From Tubiluchus corallicola (Eukaryota > Animalia > Priapulida): a stretch of DNA of 64,000 nt. A program made the position numbers and the translations under genes. The stretch covers positions 186,001-250,000 of the forward strand of contig JAQGDQ010000121.1 of the NCBI GenBank assembly GCA_030141605.1, in the 5' to 3' direction. The first letter of the stretch is position 1; every line of letters starts with the position of its first letter. Shown piece by piece: positions 48,201 to 62,339 of this stretch. The notes beneath the pieces are model-generated. The model was not told the origin of the DNA. It searched no databases and worked only from the letters and a program-made list of their open reading frames with translations.

Positions 48201-48300
48201 AACATAGTGCAATGAGGTATTCCATATCATACTGCACCTCGTTATGCAAGACCGCTGCTATTACTGTGGCACCAATTACTGTGCTTCACCACACTCATAG

Positions 48301-48534
48301 AGTGTCTATTACTAGTTAGTGTTACTTCAATCATTGTAACTACCTACGTCACCTCGCATTATGAGTGACCGCTGCATTATGTATTAGAATTTAGAAAAGT
48401 TAGGCAGAAAAGTGACGCGACATCTTACGTCAGTGTTTGTCACTAGTCAGGTTTACTTCAGTCATTGTTACTAGCTACTGTCCCATTACGAGTGGACCGG
48501 TGCATTATGTATTAGCATTTAGAAAAGTTAGGCA
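48301..48534. repeat. Diverged ~105-bp direct duplication (period ~131 bp)
   Basis: 48301-48405 vs 48432-48534 share agtgt..actagt.ag..ttacttca.tcattgt.acta.ctac...tgcattatgtattag.atttagaaaagttaggca. Confidence 0.85.
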
Positions 48535-49009
48535 CAGTGCAATTGCCCTCGCACACAATAATTAATTAAAGGTTAAAATCATGTTGTGCAGTTTATCAGG
48601 GGTTTTAAGATGTTGGATGTGATACATCCAGTGTTTACGCGTCACTTTTTGAACGTGCGTAACAACGCAAGCGCGTTCACCTTCAAGTAACACTATAATA
48701 GTAAATCTCTATAGGCTACACGTATTTTTGCTCCTGAAAATTTTATTAGCACAAATGCAGCCAGTATGTTGCATAATAGAGGCAATTTTCTATAGTTAAT
48801 TCAGCATTCCTGTCAATAATTAGCACAGGGTTGAATTGATTCGTCTTTGCGTGCGTGTCACTTGTGAAAAGAATGGCATTTTTTATGATCACACAACCTC
48901 AATTCTTTGCGCTTATGTATTTGATTAGGTGTACAGTTTATTGCAGGGACGTTGCTCATATAGGTTTTAAAGGGTTAAATTTAAATACCTTTTCTTTTTA
49001 ATTCTTTCT

Positions 49010-49265
49010 CACCATCATCATCATTGACATCTTCATCTTCACTGATATCACCATCATTAGCGTCATCATGAAGATCATCATCTTTGTCGCTGTTGTTCTT
49101 GTCGTAGTCATCATCGTCGTCACCATCATATTATCGTCATCATCGTTGACATCATTATCATCATAACTATAATCAGCACAACAATTTTTACCATCATTAC
49201 TATTATCACAATTATTTTCATCTTCTTCATCGTTGTCGTTGTCGTCATCATCACCATCATCATCA
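49010..49265. repeat. Degenerate (CAT)n repeat
   Basis: Direct reading. Confidence 0.9.
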
Positions 49266-50246
49266 AGAATGAGAACTTGTGCTATCTTTAGGGTCAGACA
49301 TTAAACCAGAAAGGTGATAAATATGTAGATGCACCTTATTGCTTTGCTACGTGAGCTCTGTTGTTAAATTTCCATGTTTTTGCCTGTTTTCACCTATAAC
49401 ATGTGAAAACATATTATTAGGCTAATTGTAAAATGGTCAGCAATAAAATGTCTTACGGTTATTTTCACAGCTTGGCAAGCATAGCGGGGTCTTCGTCTGA
49501 TTGGTTGTGCTTGCAGCTCAGATTAGGCCTAATTTTTGTTATGTCCAGAAACGCATAGTATTTTCGTTAGTTTCATATGTGTGAAAATAGGAAAAAAGAA
49601 AAACAACGGCATTTACGGTTTTTACTAAAGGGGCACTTTTATTAAATTGTCTTGCGCGACATGCCAGAATGACATGTCAACCTAGCAACTAAATTGTTAT
49701 AAAAACTATTATTAGACGTGCACATGTTTAAAAATATGCCTAACGAAGACAAGTTGAAAGCAGTAAATGTTTGGAATTGGAACAAAATGAAATAAAAAAG
49801 AAAACAAAAAATATTCAAGGTACATTTTTATGCACGTAATTATACAAAACGCTATATAAATCCACCACAAAACGCATTTAGATATCACTTTATTATGCAA
49901 CATTTTTGCAAGTTACTACACAGTACTAAGCACTGCTTCTGTTGTGGTTTCATATGTATACATGCCTTGCCTGCCGGACCTACTGAATTGAAACTTGTAG
50001 TAGTTTGACTATTCCGGAAAATCAAGAACTTTCTATATACATCATGTTTTTGTACAATATTATAGTTTAGCACTCTGCGTGCTGGTATAAAATGCTTACC
50101 GGATGATCTACTCATATTTGTAGAACGACCAGTTCTTACATAATCAACAATAATCATTTGAGACGAGATATGGAACTGGATAGTATTGGCTGCTGTCGAA
50201 TGAAGTATAAACATCACCCTACAGCGAGAGAAATAGACTATGCTGT

Positions 50247-50308
50247 ATGGTAGATATGTAGAAACGTTTTTCTGGCAATGGTAGATATGTAGAAACGTTT
50301 TTCTGGCA
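50247..50308. repeat. Perfect 2 x 31-bp tandem duplication
   Basis: atggtagatatgtagaaacgtttttctggca twice. Confidence 0.95.
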
Positions 50309-52914
50309 GTAAATCTATCCATTTATTAACCAGTCCAAACATTGCTTACTTTTGGTGACAAGCACGCCAATTAACCAGTTAGATATCATATGATCAATAT
50401 GCAGTCACCGTCTTTGATGCTTTGGCTATTTTTTAGCAGCGGCTCCAGCTGCTTTTTGTTTAACTCAGTCAGCAAGCAGACCGTTATAGAGGGCGCTTAT
50501 AATGGTTTGTAAACAAGGTGCCCATGTAAAAGCCCCGGGCTGTGGACCCTTGAATGCCTACTGTCCTCGTTGTCATCAGTGCCCGGGGCCTGACAGTTGG
50601 GGGTCCATCATTACTCAGAGTCATAAATCTCATTGTCACCTTTTATACACGCAGTTTGCGTAGTTCGCCAGTTTACTGTTTTTCCTGGCACCTGGTTTTG
50701 ACAAAATGCCAGAAATGCTTTTTTAGCTCTGAATAACTTCAGCTTCAGTCCACACGAGTGGATTAATTAGCTTCCATACGCCCATTACAGCGAGTTAGCA
50801 TTTATAAGCACAATTAAACTGATAAAAGATTGCAGAACAGGGACGATGATACCTATAACCACCTACTGTGGCAGTGTTGTGGTTTTCACTTAACAACTGC
50901 AAACTAATTTAATTACTAGCACTTAACAAGTTGTTCTATTAAGATTAACAGCGATAATTTTCCAAAGATTTTTAGCTGGTATTCCCTCTAGAAACATCTT
51001 CTGAACACATGTATTGGTGAAACTCTGTCGTCCAGATCACTAAAAACTTGGCTGTGTTCAAAATAAATGCTTTTACTTCAGTCCCAGTCTTTTCCGGCAC
51101 AGTTACAGCTTATTCGATCGTGTTATCGCCTTCTCGTGATCGCGCGGCCATTTTTGCCGTCAAATTTCCTTACAGATTTCACGCAATATTTACCACACGA
51201 GGCGAAATTGCCTTAAGATATCAAAACGTACCGTTATAAGCTCATTAGACTATCTGGCTAACCATCAATTTCTTTTGTCTGCAAATCGTTGCAAAATGAT
51301 TGCATTTCATTAGTAAAAAGGTCGAATTTGTTCGATCCGGTGCGTCCTGCTCGTTACGAATATTAAGGGATTATTGACGATGCAGATGCATGCTGCTTGA
51401 TGATGCACAATCAATTAGCATTCTTAATTGCTAATTATAATCGTTCAGCGAGACATTTTCTCTTAGATTTATGCGTCAGCTCGATAGAAAAAGAAAAGAG
51501 GACGCAGATAATTTGAAATTATGCCTCCACTTTTGCTATTATCAGGAAAACACAAACATTTGTGTTAATTATTGAAGAAGTAGGGATTAGTCACATGGTC
51601 ATACCTGTCAATAGTGCCAAAAAACTTTTCATTTAAGCAAAATTGTCGGTAAGAAAATTTAAGAAAAGTTGAAGTTATGACGCATGTGGTAAAGCCAATG
51701 TTTATAACGACAGAGAGAAAGAGAGGGGGTGAGTGAGCGAAAGGAGAAAGAAAAAGAGAAACGAAAAGAGCAGATAAGAAGTACGTTGATCTGACCATCA
51801 GCTCTGAGTCACTTATTGCTGATAGGAGGACTGACTATTGCCTGTCATTTTCAAAGTATCAAATAACGCTGAACATCCTCAACCGATGACTTCGCGGTAA
51901 CATTACACTCGTGATCCAGACGGCAAGGTAAATTCGAAGACTTACTGATGCAGTAACTCATCGATTCAACATCCATAACTGATATTCGAGATGTTGCTAT
52001 AACGATTGCAATAAAATCTGAATTCACTGAAAGAAAAGCCACTCATACATTTAAGGTTTAAAACCGTCTGTGGATTTTAGCATTCTTTATTCCTTCTACA
52101 AAGCTGAGTTCAAAAAGGATTCTAAAGTGCTGTAATAAATAATAAAATACAGCAAAAGGTTTTGTGTGGTATTATGATTTATGAAGGATTTGCAAGCGCA
52201 AAAGATAGATGCTCCTTTATTGACTTCGCTGACGGCTACTGTGATAGGAATCACAACTCTAACTATGTAAACGAAAGCCGTGTTTTTTGCACAGGCATGA
52301 AAGAAACACCAAACGTTTGTTTCAAATAACACAAACTTCAAAATAACTACTATTCTTTCTATAATAATTAGATAATAATAATGATGGTGGTGATGATGTG
52401 ATGATGATGATGATGATGATAATTATAATAATTAATTTAAAAAATAAAAGTAACAAAATGAAGAAATTACTTAAAAATAATACCAAACAGTATTTTTGGC
52501 CAGAGAACAAAACTTAATAACATACGTCCATAAGAGACTATTCAGACTAATGGAAGACACTACATTATGTTGTCTCTGATGTCTGCTGGATTTTATAGAT
52601 TGGATGCAGTGACCAGACCATTCAAACATAGATAGATTCCTTGGATACACAGAGATGGCAAATATGAATGTTTCTTCAGACATTGAGCAAACTCTCTTGA
52701 TGTAGTACGTCGAATTCGGTAATTAGTAAAAAGTTGGTCTACCTGAGAGGTTTCTAGGTATTTATATGGATATTCGATAATTACGTCTGTTTGTTTTGAG
52801 TTGTGCACGTGATATATGCTCTTTGTTACCTCAAGGTGTAATAACGACAACGGTAACAGCAATGGAAACCACAAGCCGATAGTAATAGCATCGCGGCGAC
52901 TGTAAAGCAGGCAA

Positions 52915-53123
52915 CCACAGCAGCAGCAAAATTAAGAATGAAAACGTCAGCAGCAGCAGCAGCAGCAGCAGCAACAGTAATAATAACAACAGCAACTGCA
53001 AAGCAGAACAGTGGCGGTTAAAGCAGCAGCGATTTTTCACCTGCATTTTAGTGGCAGCAGCTGCTTAAAATAGCAAAAACGGCGACGTAGCAACAGCAGC
53101 AGCAGCAACAACAACAACAACAA
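52915..53123. repeat. (CAG)n/(CAA)n trinucleotide repeats
   Basis: Direct reading. Confidence 0.85.
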
Positions 53124-56100
53124 TTCACTTGCATTTCTTTCCTACTCAGAATCTTTAAAAGTCTCTGGATTTTTACTCTCGCCAGTCGACAAAGAAGCAA
53201 CAACTAATGCAATCTCCATCATGTAATTAGATGAGAGGGCACAGTTACTGCGTGAAACAAGTGCCCATAGCTAAAGAGCTATTTGTCATGTTTGCTGAGT
53301 TTGAGCTCCTTACTGAAGATCATTCGATTGTGAGAGATTTCCACAAAAGTCCTTATTCATTTATCTGCTTGTATTTAGGAAGCGACAGCCGTGAGGTCAA
53401 TTCAAGTGTCTGTGGCAGATTTTTCGCAATTTCTTTATTTTAGCGCTTTTTGTAGATATGCTCAATTGCTCATTCATTCGTCCATTCGTTTTCACACACC
53501 TTTTCCCCCACTTATGTATTCACTTATTCTTTCGCTCACTCGTCCGTAACTTCCAGCTTTCAGTCTTTTTTTCGGAGTAAGTTTTTGTCATGAACTACGT
53601 AAGCTTACTGGTATGTCAGTAACCAAAAATTTACACGCAGCAAAAATTTGATGATGTTGTGCGATTGGACAGATGTAAAATGGGCTAATGTCCTACACAG
53701 GCTAATATAGGACAATGAGCTTTTAGACTTCACTAAAAATAGTAATGTAGTATAGGCACTCTTTTTTTCCTTTATTAATAAAGAAGAGAAAAACAGTTTA
53801 TATATCATTTTGCTATTTTAGGAAAGCTTGAAGCTCATTGTCCGACATTAACTCATTTTACCATATACATTAGTAGAAATAAACATCACCTCCATCATGT
53901 CTATCACTATTTGTTAAAGTTTTGGAACTTTGGTAACTCAGCTAAATTACTTCAAGGAAACAAGTGTTGTAAAAACCAAAGTCTTAAAGTTTAATGTGCT
54001 ATTTTTAACACCATTCTGGCGACGCGTTCAGAAACTAAATAGATAATTCAGTATCGTTAGCTAATCATGTGGCAGACGCAGAACCGCCCCTAAAACAATT
54101 TTGTGTTCTCAGTCAGACAATTAGACTCACAAAGCCAATATGAACTAGACGTTGTTTGGCCGAAACGAAGCACTTAGGAAACCACAAACTTCGTCTAGGC
54201 GCTTATTGCGCTCACGCTTTAGCCAGATTTGTTTTACCACCGCAATCATTTCATCTACAAAGCATCAAACAACTCAATCACCGAGGGAATACCGGCTTTA
54301 TTTGATAAGCAGACAACATGAAATTCATCATTTCCGGTCATTTGTATGTCATCGGGTACAAAGCCATTACACGCAAAATGTTTTAAATTACCGCAAAAAA
54401 TCATCCCCATTGACAATAGATTTGAAAAATTTCTATTGGCAGCTTGGCGTCTTAGACACTTCAAGGAACAAAACCGGACCGTCAATTTCTACCAAAGTTA
54501 TTTCCTCTGAGATTTCCAAAGCAACGTGCACTACCACCATTGTCGATTTAAGCCTGTAAATTTTCCCAAGATTGCCTAGAAATTTCGTGCGGGAAGATGA
54601 CAGGTTATTCTTCTTTTATACAGCAAAGCATTGTGTGCCGCAGCGCGATATGGAACGTATTTAAGAATGACTGCAGTGACGGTGCTATTTCGATTTTACT
54701 AAGAAAAATTATTTTTGCAGACGACGTGAATCAATGTCAAACGCCATTAGACAGAATAATAGTCGCGCTAAAAGTGTTGAAACAATATGGGAAATCTATA
54801 AAATAGCTGAGAAGTAGACGACAAACAAGGTCATTCTCTTTCACTTTACACTCTCCACGCAGAAGATTATACCTTCATGAAATCTTATAGATGGCAACGG
54901 TTAAATTAATGCATTTTCGAGTTAGATGAATGGCGCTACAATCAAGTTCAGTTTAATTCGCGTTCTCAAGTTTCGTCAGTGCTCATTTAAAGTCCATTAA
55001 GACAATTATAAACGTAACATAAAATTATATCTAACCTTATTCACTTACAAAAAAATTAATAGTTTGAATTTTGTTGAGAGTCACAAGCCTGAGAAACAAG
55101 CTTGTTTTTGCAATTTAAATGAAGAAGTACTTCAATCTTCTTCGTTAATTCAAAAGCTTAAAAACAACTAAACTGGAATGGATACTATAATAGGATGAAC
55201 GATCAATGGCCTGAGACCTACAAAAAATTTAAAAACAAAGAAACGAAGCAGAAAAACTGATAACTAAAATATTTAAAAACTCTGCTGCAGAAATTTTAAA
55301 ATATACCAAGGGTTTCTATTGATAATTTGCTATTGATTATATTGTGACGTAAGCGATAATTGCTCCCCTGCGGAAAACGCAGTGCGGATGTCACGTGGTT
55401 GACAGTGTGACACATTTGACATTCATAAGTGGAAAAATTGTGGAATCATTAAGTTGAGACAAATTGGCATCGACAGTGGTGACATAAGGTCGACGAAATT
55501 TCACTATCAAAGCGCGCGGCATTACTATGCATGGTTAAACTATTATTAGAATTTGTACTAATCAATGTTACACTTGTACTTATAAAGTTAGAGGGATGAC
55601 TCCTCAAATACGTCTGATTGTTAGCTTTGATTGTAATTAATTCGTTAAGTTGAGATTTGCTATGACCGTAACACATGTAAAAATTTTGATCCTGTGGATG
55701 TATCTTGGTTCGATGGAAAGTGATTTGACGCAGAAGTTTTTCTGTGCCTGCTTCATCCAGTGCAGAGTTGTACGCCTATTACGTATAATCCACTCATCTA
55801 CCTATGCATATTACCCTATATTAGCAGAGTAAATAAAACCAGATTCAACGGTACAGAACGTCAATTTTTTCAAGTATTTCAAGCACCCTACCACTTCCGC
55901 ACCAACAACACCAGCCCTTCACATACCATTCAATGAAATGAAATGCATTGTCCAGGGACGCTAGAAGTTGTCTGGCAAGCGATGGTCAAGAATTCAATTT
56001 TCATTCTTACACAAAGCGCGCGCAGAAACTAAATTAAGAAGTGGTCAATTGACCATCTGCCCCTCTGGAGTTGAATTCGGCAGACTTTCCGGTGCGTGCT

Positions 56101-57854
56101 TCTATAATAGCATCTTAAGGGCTGTTAATTATCACCGGCCCTCATTAAACATCTTTAATTTTGAATACACAGAAGCACAATTTTCTTTGTCAAAACGACT
56201 GTAATAGAAATGCAGTTGTTATTTTTGGACCCTACCCTCTTTGCAGGGATGGTTCTAAACCATAGACCGTCGATGTTGATAAAATTTAATCTTTTCATCC
56301 GTTCATTTAATAATTTCAGTTCTAAGATTTTCGGTACTCAGTAAATTTTCAGGATAATTTGATATTTGACAAAAGATATCTGCCAGTCCAATATTTATAC
56401 AACTCGTTTTAATATAGCGTATTATTCAGTTACAATTTTTTAAATCTATTTTGTACGTTGCTCAATATTATTACTTTAATTTAGACAATAAATTTTCGCC
56501 TTTCTTCTGAAAAAATTACTAAACTAGCACGCAGATATCTAGTCATATTTTCACCCCTCTGCGGTCTCTGCCGATCGTACCGCTTTGAACCCGTGTCTCT
56601 CTGCTACCATTTTTGAATCTCGAGCATAAAAGCACGTGGTTGTGCAGTGTTTAGATTAAAAACACTTAGATCTTGACAACATCTTTTCAAGTTTACAAGG
56701 TATTTTGTGAAATACATTCTGTTCTTCATAAATATTAAGTATTTTTCCAGTAAACATGACGCAGAGCGAGAAAACATGCTAAATGGAAAAGGGCAAGCTC
56801 CCTGACCGTTTACTTACGTACCAATGTTTGCATTAAAATAAAAGAGAGTGTGCACGTAAATATTTTTTAATTTACAAGACACGTGCTAATGAAAGAAGAA
56901 AAAATATTGACCGCACCATGGCATTCTTGTAGCAAATACAGGCAATACCTTTTATAAGATAGTAAGGGAACACTTTATTTTTTATCTACAGTATTTCAAA
57001 TTAGAGATTAGAATATGCTTTAGTTCAGTAGTATAAAAAGGTGAAAGATCATTTGTAATTCGAGTTAATTATAATGGACCAGTGTTTATTTTATATCAAG
57101 ACTACAACACTCGTACGGTAAATTGTTAAATTAAGCTCTTGTCCTATAGAGTTTCTTGTCTTCTAGAACTTGTTTTCATTTTGGATGGCAACCATTCAAG
57201 AATGGCACGCTTAGGCAAGATGTTTTGGAGGTCAGCACCACAAAAAGGTAATTTCTCCTAAGTATTTGTCAAGTAATTTGAGTGAAGGAGCTGTAAGTAC
57301 TGCCAACAACGCCGACTCGCTTTCATAAGCCATTCATGGCGGGCAGGTTCTTTGACAGAAGCAGACGATTTCAGGTGTTTGTTCTGGAGTTGTGTTACCT
57401 GTCGCTGTGCACAGTTTAACGTAGTGCGCAAATAAACTTTGTTTTGTTAAGAGCGACTAACACCTGCCGTAGCCTTGGGCTCCCCATTCAGAGGTACCAT
57501 CGTAATAACTTGTCTTCACGTAAGCGACAACATCATTTTGACCATTGAAATGTTTTTCTAATGCTTGTTTGAAGAACCAGTCAAATACCACGCTGTTTAA
57601 TGTGAAGCAAAATTACGAAAAAATGTGAAATGTTTAAAGGCAGTCTTGCATTTCGCCAAGGGCTAAGAACAACTGAACGGTTTAAATAATGTTGTCTAAT
57701 CCCTAAATTTGCATAAGGTCAAACCATATTTTTGCTAGGCTGTACACACCATTTCAGCAAAAATTGAGCTATAAACACTATAGTTACAGGTCGTATAAAA
57801 ACAGTTTTCTATTGTATCAAGGTTATATTGCAACATTGCTTCGTCTTTGTTACC

Positions 57855-58050
57855 ATCATTTTAACTGCTCTCATTATCATCGTCACCATCACCGCATTCG
57901 TCATTATAGTCATCGTCATCATAAAAGTAGTCACCGCCATCATCGTCGCCGTCATCATCACCATCATTATCACCATCATCATCATCGCCATCATCACCAT
58001 ATTACTGCCACCAGCACCAGTAGGATCACGGCATCACCATTATCATCGTT
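57855..58050. repeat. Degenerate (CAT)n repeat
   Basis: Direct reading. Confidence 0.9.
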
Positions 58051-59769
58051 AATGCTATCACTGCCATATCCAAATCGACACAGCCATCGCCAGCTGACAC
58101 TAAATTAATTCCAGTCTTCTTAAATGCAGCGGGTACTGGTTTGAGTTACATCAATTATGCCTGCAGTAACTCGAAATTGCAGGAACATACAGATTATTAC
58201 ATCAGACAGCATAAGATGCATTAACACCTCTTCGTTAATGGTCGCACGCTTGACAATTAATGGCGGTGATATCTGATTAATGAGATGTGGAAATAATTTC
58301 CAAAGTTTTTGACATGGATCACATTACTTACTCCATGTTGTGAAGCATGCTTTTGTATCGCATTTACACGTTCTACTCACGTTACCCATATAAAAACTAA
58401 CATAAATCAGGTGCTATTTGGTTTTGGTTTATTGTTTAAATACAGTTTAGCACTTAACGAGAAAGAATCTAGCACTCAGTCGCAGGGCTCGTTTAAAGTA
58501 GATGGTTGTAACACGACCGGGATCTGTCAAAAGGTCAATACGTAGGCTACATGCAACTTTTAATCAGAATGCTGAACCTACAAGGTTAAAATTTTACATA
58601 ACTTCCAAACAGGTCGGGAATCGTATCTCGTCACAATTTCTCAGAAATATATGTACTGTTCAGGAACATTTTATTTCAACCAGTTTGAACCAGACGTGGT
58701 TAGTAAAACTTAATGAGCTGGAAATTTAATTTTGACAATCACAACCAGCATGCACGTGTAATTATGCCTTTGTATTTAAATTCCCAGTTGGCTATTTATT
58801 CATTTATTTAGTTACTTATTTATACCTGCTTTTCTTTTTTCGTTTATTTATATAAGCTTTTTTACACTAAATTGCTTACTTACTTATTTATTTTTACTAC
58901 TGCTTATTTATTTACTTATGGGTATTATGCTTTCACAAGCTTAGGTTTTTGAAGCATACATGGTTAGTACAAAAGTCTGCTTTTGTATGTTTATGAAAGG
59001 CTAATCATATCATTTTTACTGAATGTGTTTATTCTTCAGTTCTATAACTTGCCTGTAACTTGGCCATGCTCTTAAGTCCCCAAATGTTGGTTCCAGAACC
59101 TCTCAACTCATCAAGAAAAAACAGGACAAATACTCGAGTTGTAGCTCTACTAAGTTTTCTTTGGCTTCTGCGGTGATTGATTACCAACATTCAAGACGCT
59201 GCCTAGTGATCGATCATCAACATTCGAGACATTGCGATTATCATTATCATCGTCGATACTCATTAATTGAGTCTGTTGAGCGTAAATAGGTTTGCACGCT
59301 CCAATATTCCTCAATGTTACCAAGTTTCCTAGCTCACAGTATTTTCAGTTCAGTTGTTTATTGATCACAATAGTGCCAATTTTTATTTGGACACTGAAAT
59401 TACGTAACCTGTATCACAGGATTCCCAAGATTAGGGTATAGATTATAATTGCGTTTTAATTGTTGTTTAATCTAAGCTAACTCTACCTGGGTATTAAAAT
59501 AATATGAATTTACACCTTTGGTGTTTTTAAAGCTTTTTATTAATTTCAGTTTTTTGATGCTGAATGCTTCCAATATTTGGTTACTAAGAACGAGGGCTAA
59601 ATATGTACATAAAGAACAGCATACTTAAAATTTTAGTTTTTTAATTAAGTTTTTTGTGTAGTTTTACTTTGTAGATTTTTTATAAATTGCATTTTTTCTT
59701 TTAAATATTGTAACATGGCTAATATTATTGTGGCTAAAATAAAACGTAAATAAACATAAATAAGATTAT

Positions 59770-59795
59770 TGAAAGGAAGGAGGGATGAAGAGAGC

Positions 59796-59826
<31 letters not shown>

Positions 59827-60050
59827 TGGGGTATAGGGAGAGAAAAAAGGGAGAAAGAGAGAGAGAAAGAGAAAGAAAGAAAGATGAGGAAAGAGGATTA
59901 AATGGTGGAGGAGAAAAAGGGCAAACACTGGAAAAAGGAATATAAAAAATTCAGAGGGAAAGGGAAGAGAGAAGGACAAGAGAAAGAAGCGTGAAAAATG
60001 AAAGGGGAAGAGGTCATCATAAAATGAAACAAATAAAAGAAGAGAGGGTG
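59770..60050. repeat. (GA)n / purine-rich low-complexity block
   Basis: Direct reading. Confidence 0.9.
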
Positions 60051-62339
60051 AAGCTATAACAATTCTGCGCCAAAATAATTAAACGAATGTGAGCCATATG
60101 GATAAATTATTGAGGTCTGTCTGATGTATGGCAACACTTATAACATGCAGAAGTTCAGGTCTCTTTCCTTTGTGAAAATCCTGTAAATGGAACACCATTC
60201 TTCCTGCCCGGGAGCGAAAGGAAGCGTTATAATTCACGAGAGAGGTGGTGACATGGGGCATATGTCTAGAAACTGTGAGTTGTTTATTGGCAGAAGTATT
60301 ACTGGTGCCGTTTGCAACTTGACATTCGGCAATCTCCTCCTAAACCACGAGTCAATACATTCACCGCCGTCAGCATTTACGACGTTTCATTCCAGATATA
60401 GGCACCAGTAATGTGTCACCCAGGTGCAATATTCTTGAATTATTATTGGAACAGGTACGCTAATCAGGACAGGTAGATAAGTTTTCTTGGATGGCTCAGC
60501 ATCTGGACGTGATTTTATCATGTCCACAAAGTTGCCTGAGGCCTCGATTGGTCACTTGTGTGGTCAACAGTTGTAGAGTTGTCCCTACACTTTAGTACAG
60601 CGTAGATTTCTTGCAGAACCTACCAGGCTGAAGCATTGTATCATCAAATTCCAGGCATGTTTGATTTACTGATTACCAGCAAGGGAATTAAATGAACAAA
60701 GCTGTAGCGATTATCTGACAAAGTTAGATTTCTGTAATCCAAAGCACTTTCACAAATTTCTTAAGTGAGTGCTATTGAATCAGCTGTTACTGACAATAAG
60801 ACAATACAGAGATTTTAGAGTTACAAATCCGTCTTAAAGAGAAGTAAAGAGGTGAGGGGTTTAGTTCATTATGGTGTACGAAAAAAGTAAAACCACAACA
60901 ACAACAAAGGCAAAGGTAAGATACAGAAACGATGTATTTTGAGTCTGTAAATATGATTTAGTTCGGAAATACGAAACAAATTCATTTTTAAAAAAATCTG
61001 TCAAGAGCAATCATTGGCCAAGTCGTTTTGAAAGGCTATAAGATAAAAAGATAAAAAGGTAAAGTACAAAAAAGAGAAGCAGGAAAAGAGATTAAAGTAA
61101 AGCACAGTGGCTGATAGCATTTTAAAAACTTTTGATCAACTTAGACAACATTTCAGTTTTAAACTCTACAAAAAGCCGATAAATACGACGCGAGAGAAAT
61201 GTGAACTTTTTAAAGAAATTTATATGTACTGCAAGATTATTTTTGTTTATTTAATTGACAAAAACAAGTCGTACATCAGTGGTTATAGAATTCGTTCATT
61301 TACTTAATACTAGGATTAAGGTGCTACCGGAGTCGCTAAAATAATGTTAACATGTAATAGTATGTCCCAAGACAAATCTAAGAAGCCAATAACTGAAAGT
61401 AATAAATTTGTAGCATTATAAGAATTGAGAAATTAGACAGGAGTTCGCACTTCAAACAATACGCTATACTTATTACTTACGCTCCCTATACCCACTCAGT
61501 CACCAGAATTAACGTTGCTCAACTCAAGTTTAAATTCGGAAGCAGTAAAACTCGTTCTTTCTACAGTAATTACGCAGAAAAATTCAATAATACCTCTATT
61601 CATTTGTCTTCATATCATTATACCGTATGAAGCTTAATAAGCAATAATAAAGCATTATCGCGTTTGAGAGGATAAAAAATTGATCATTAACTTTATGTTT
61701 ATATAGTAATTTATCACTCTGAAAATTGGGTAAAGGTGATTTGACACAGCACATGATCACAATAACTACGTTATAAACTACAATGTAATTTTTGTCACAG
61801 AAACATAATTATTGCGCGTAAGTTTCCATAAAAGATTATCTTAGTGACAGTTTTTATCCACGTTGTTATTGATTTGTTATATTTTGCATTACTTAACGTA
61901 AAGGTATTTAATTTTGTATTAAGGAAACAATAATTTTTTCTATGACTTCGAAATTATTGGTGCATAGTTCTAGAAGGGAACAATGAACCAAAGCAAAAAA
62001 ATATTTGCAACTTAAATACCATACATCGGACACACACAAGTTCGACGGTGGCTAAATACATCAACTTAAAGTCGCGAAAAAGATTACGCTGAAACAACCG
62101 CAGTTCAATAAGCATGTCACACACCCGACATTAACTCTGCTATGTTTGAGTGGCCAGAGTTGATCATTTGTGAATGATGAGGCTGGCGAATATTGTATGT
62201 TTTACGCACGTTATTTAAACTTCAAAAACGTTCTTTTTAGAACTGGAACTATTACGACACTCTTATTAGCATATACTTGCTTAAAACGTGTGTACCTACT
62301 GCATTCGATAAAGTGAGAAAAAACTACCAAGCGAAAGCA

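Noticed and set aside
57212-57250. Partial miR-31-like AGGCAAGATGTT and REST/RE1 left half TCAGCACCAC
   Set aside because: The match ends after 12 nt with no precursor hairpin; the RE1 right half (GGACAG) is absent. Seed-length matches to miR-124, miR-219 and miR-34 elsewhere were dismissed likewise.
22270-58108. Poly-Ile/Met/His/Ser/Leu/Glu-Arg ORFs (22270, 22322, 25717, 28453, 52831, 57764-57828 and others)
   Set aside because: Translations of microsatellites.
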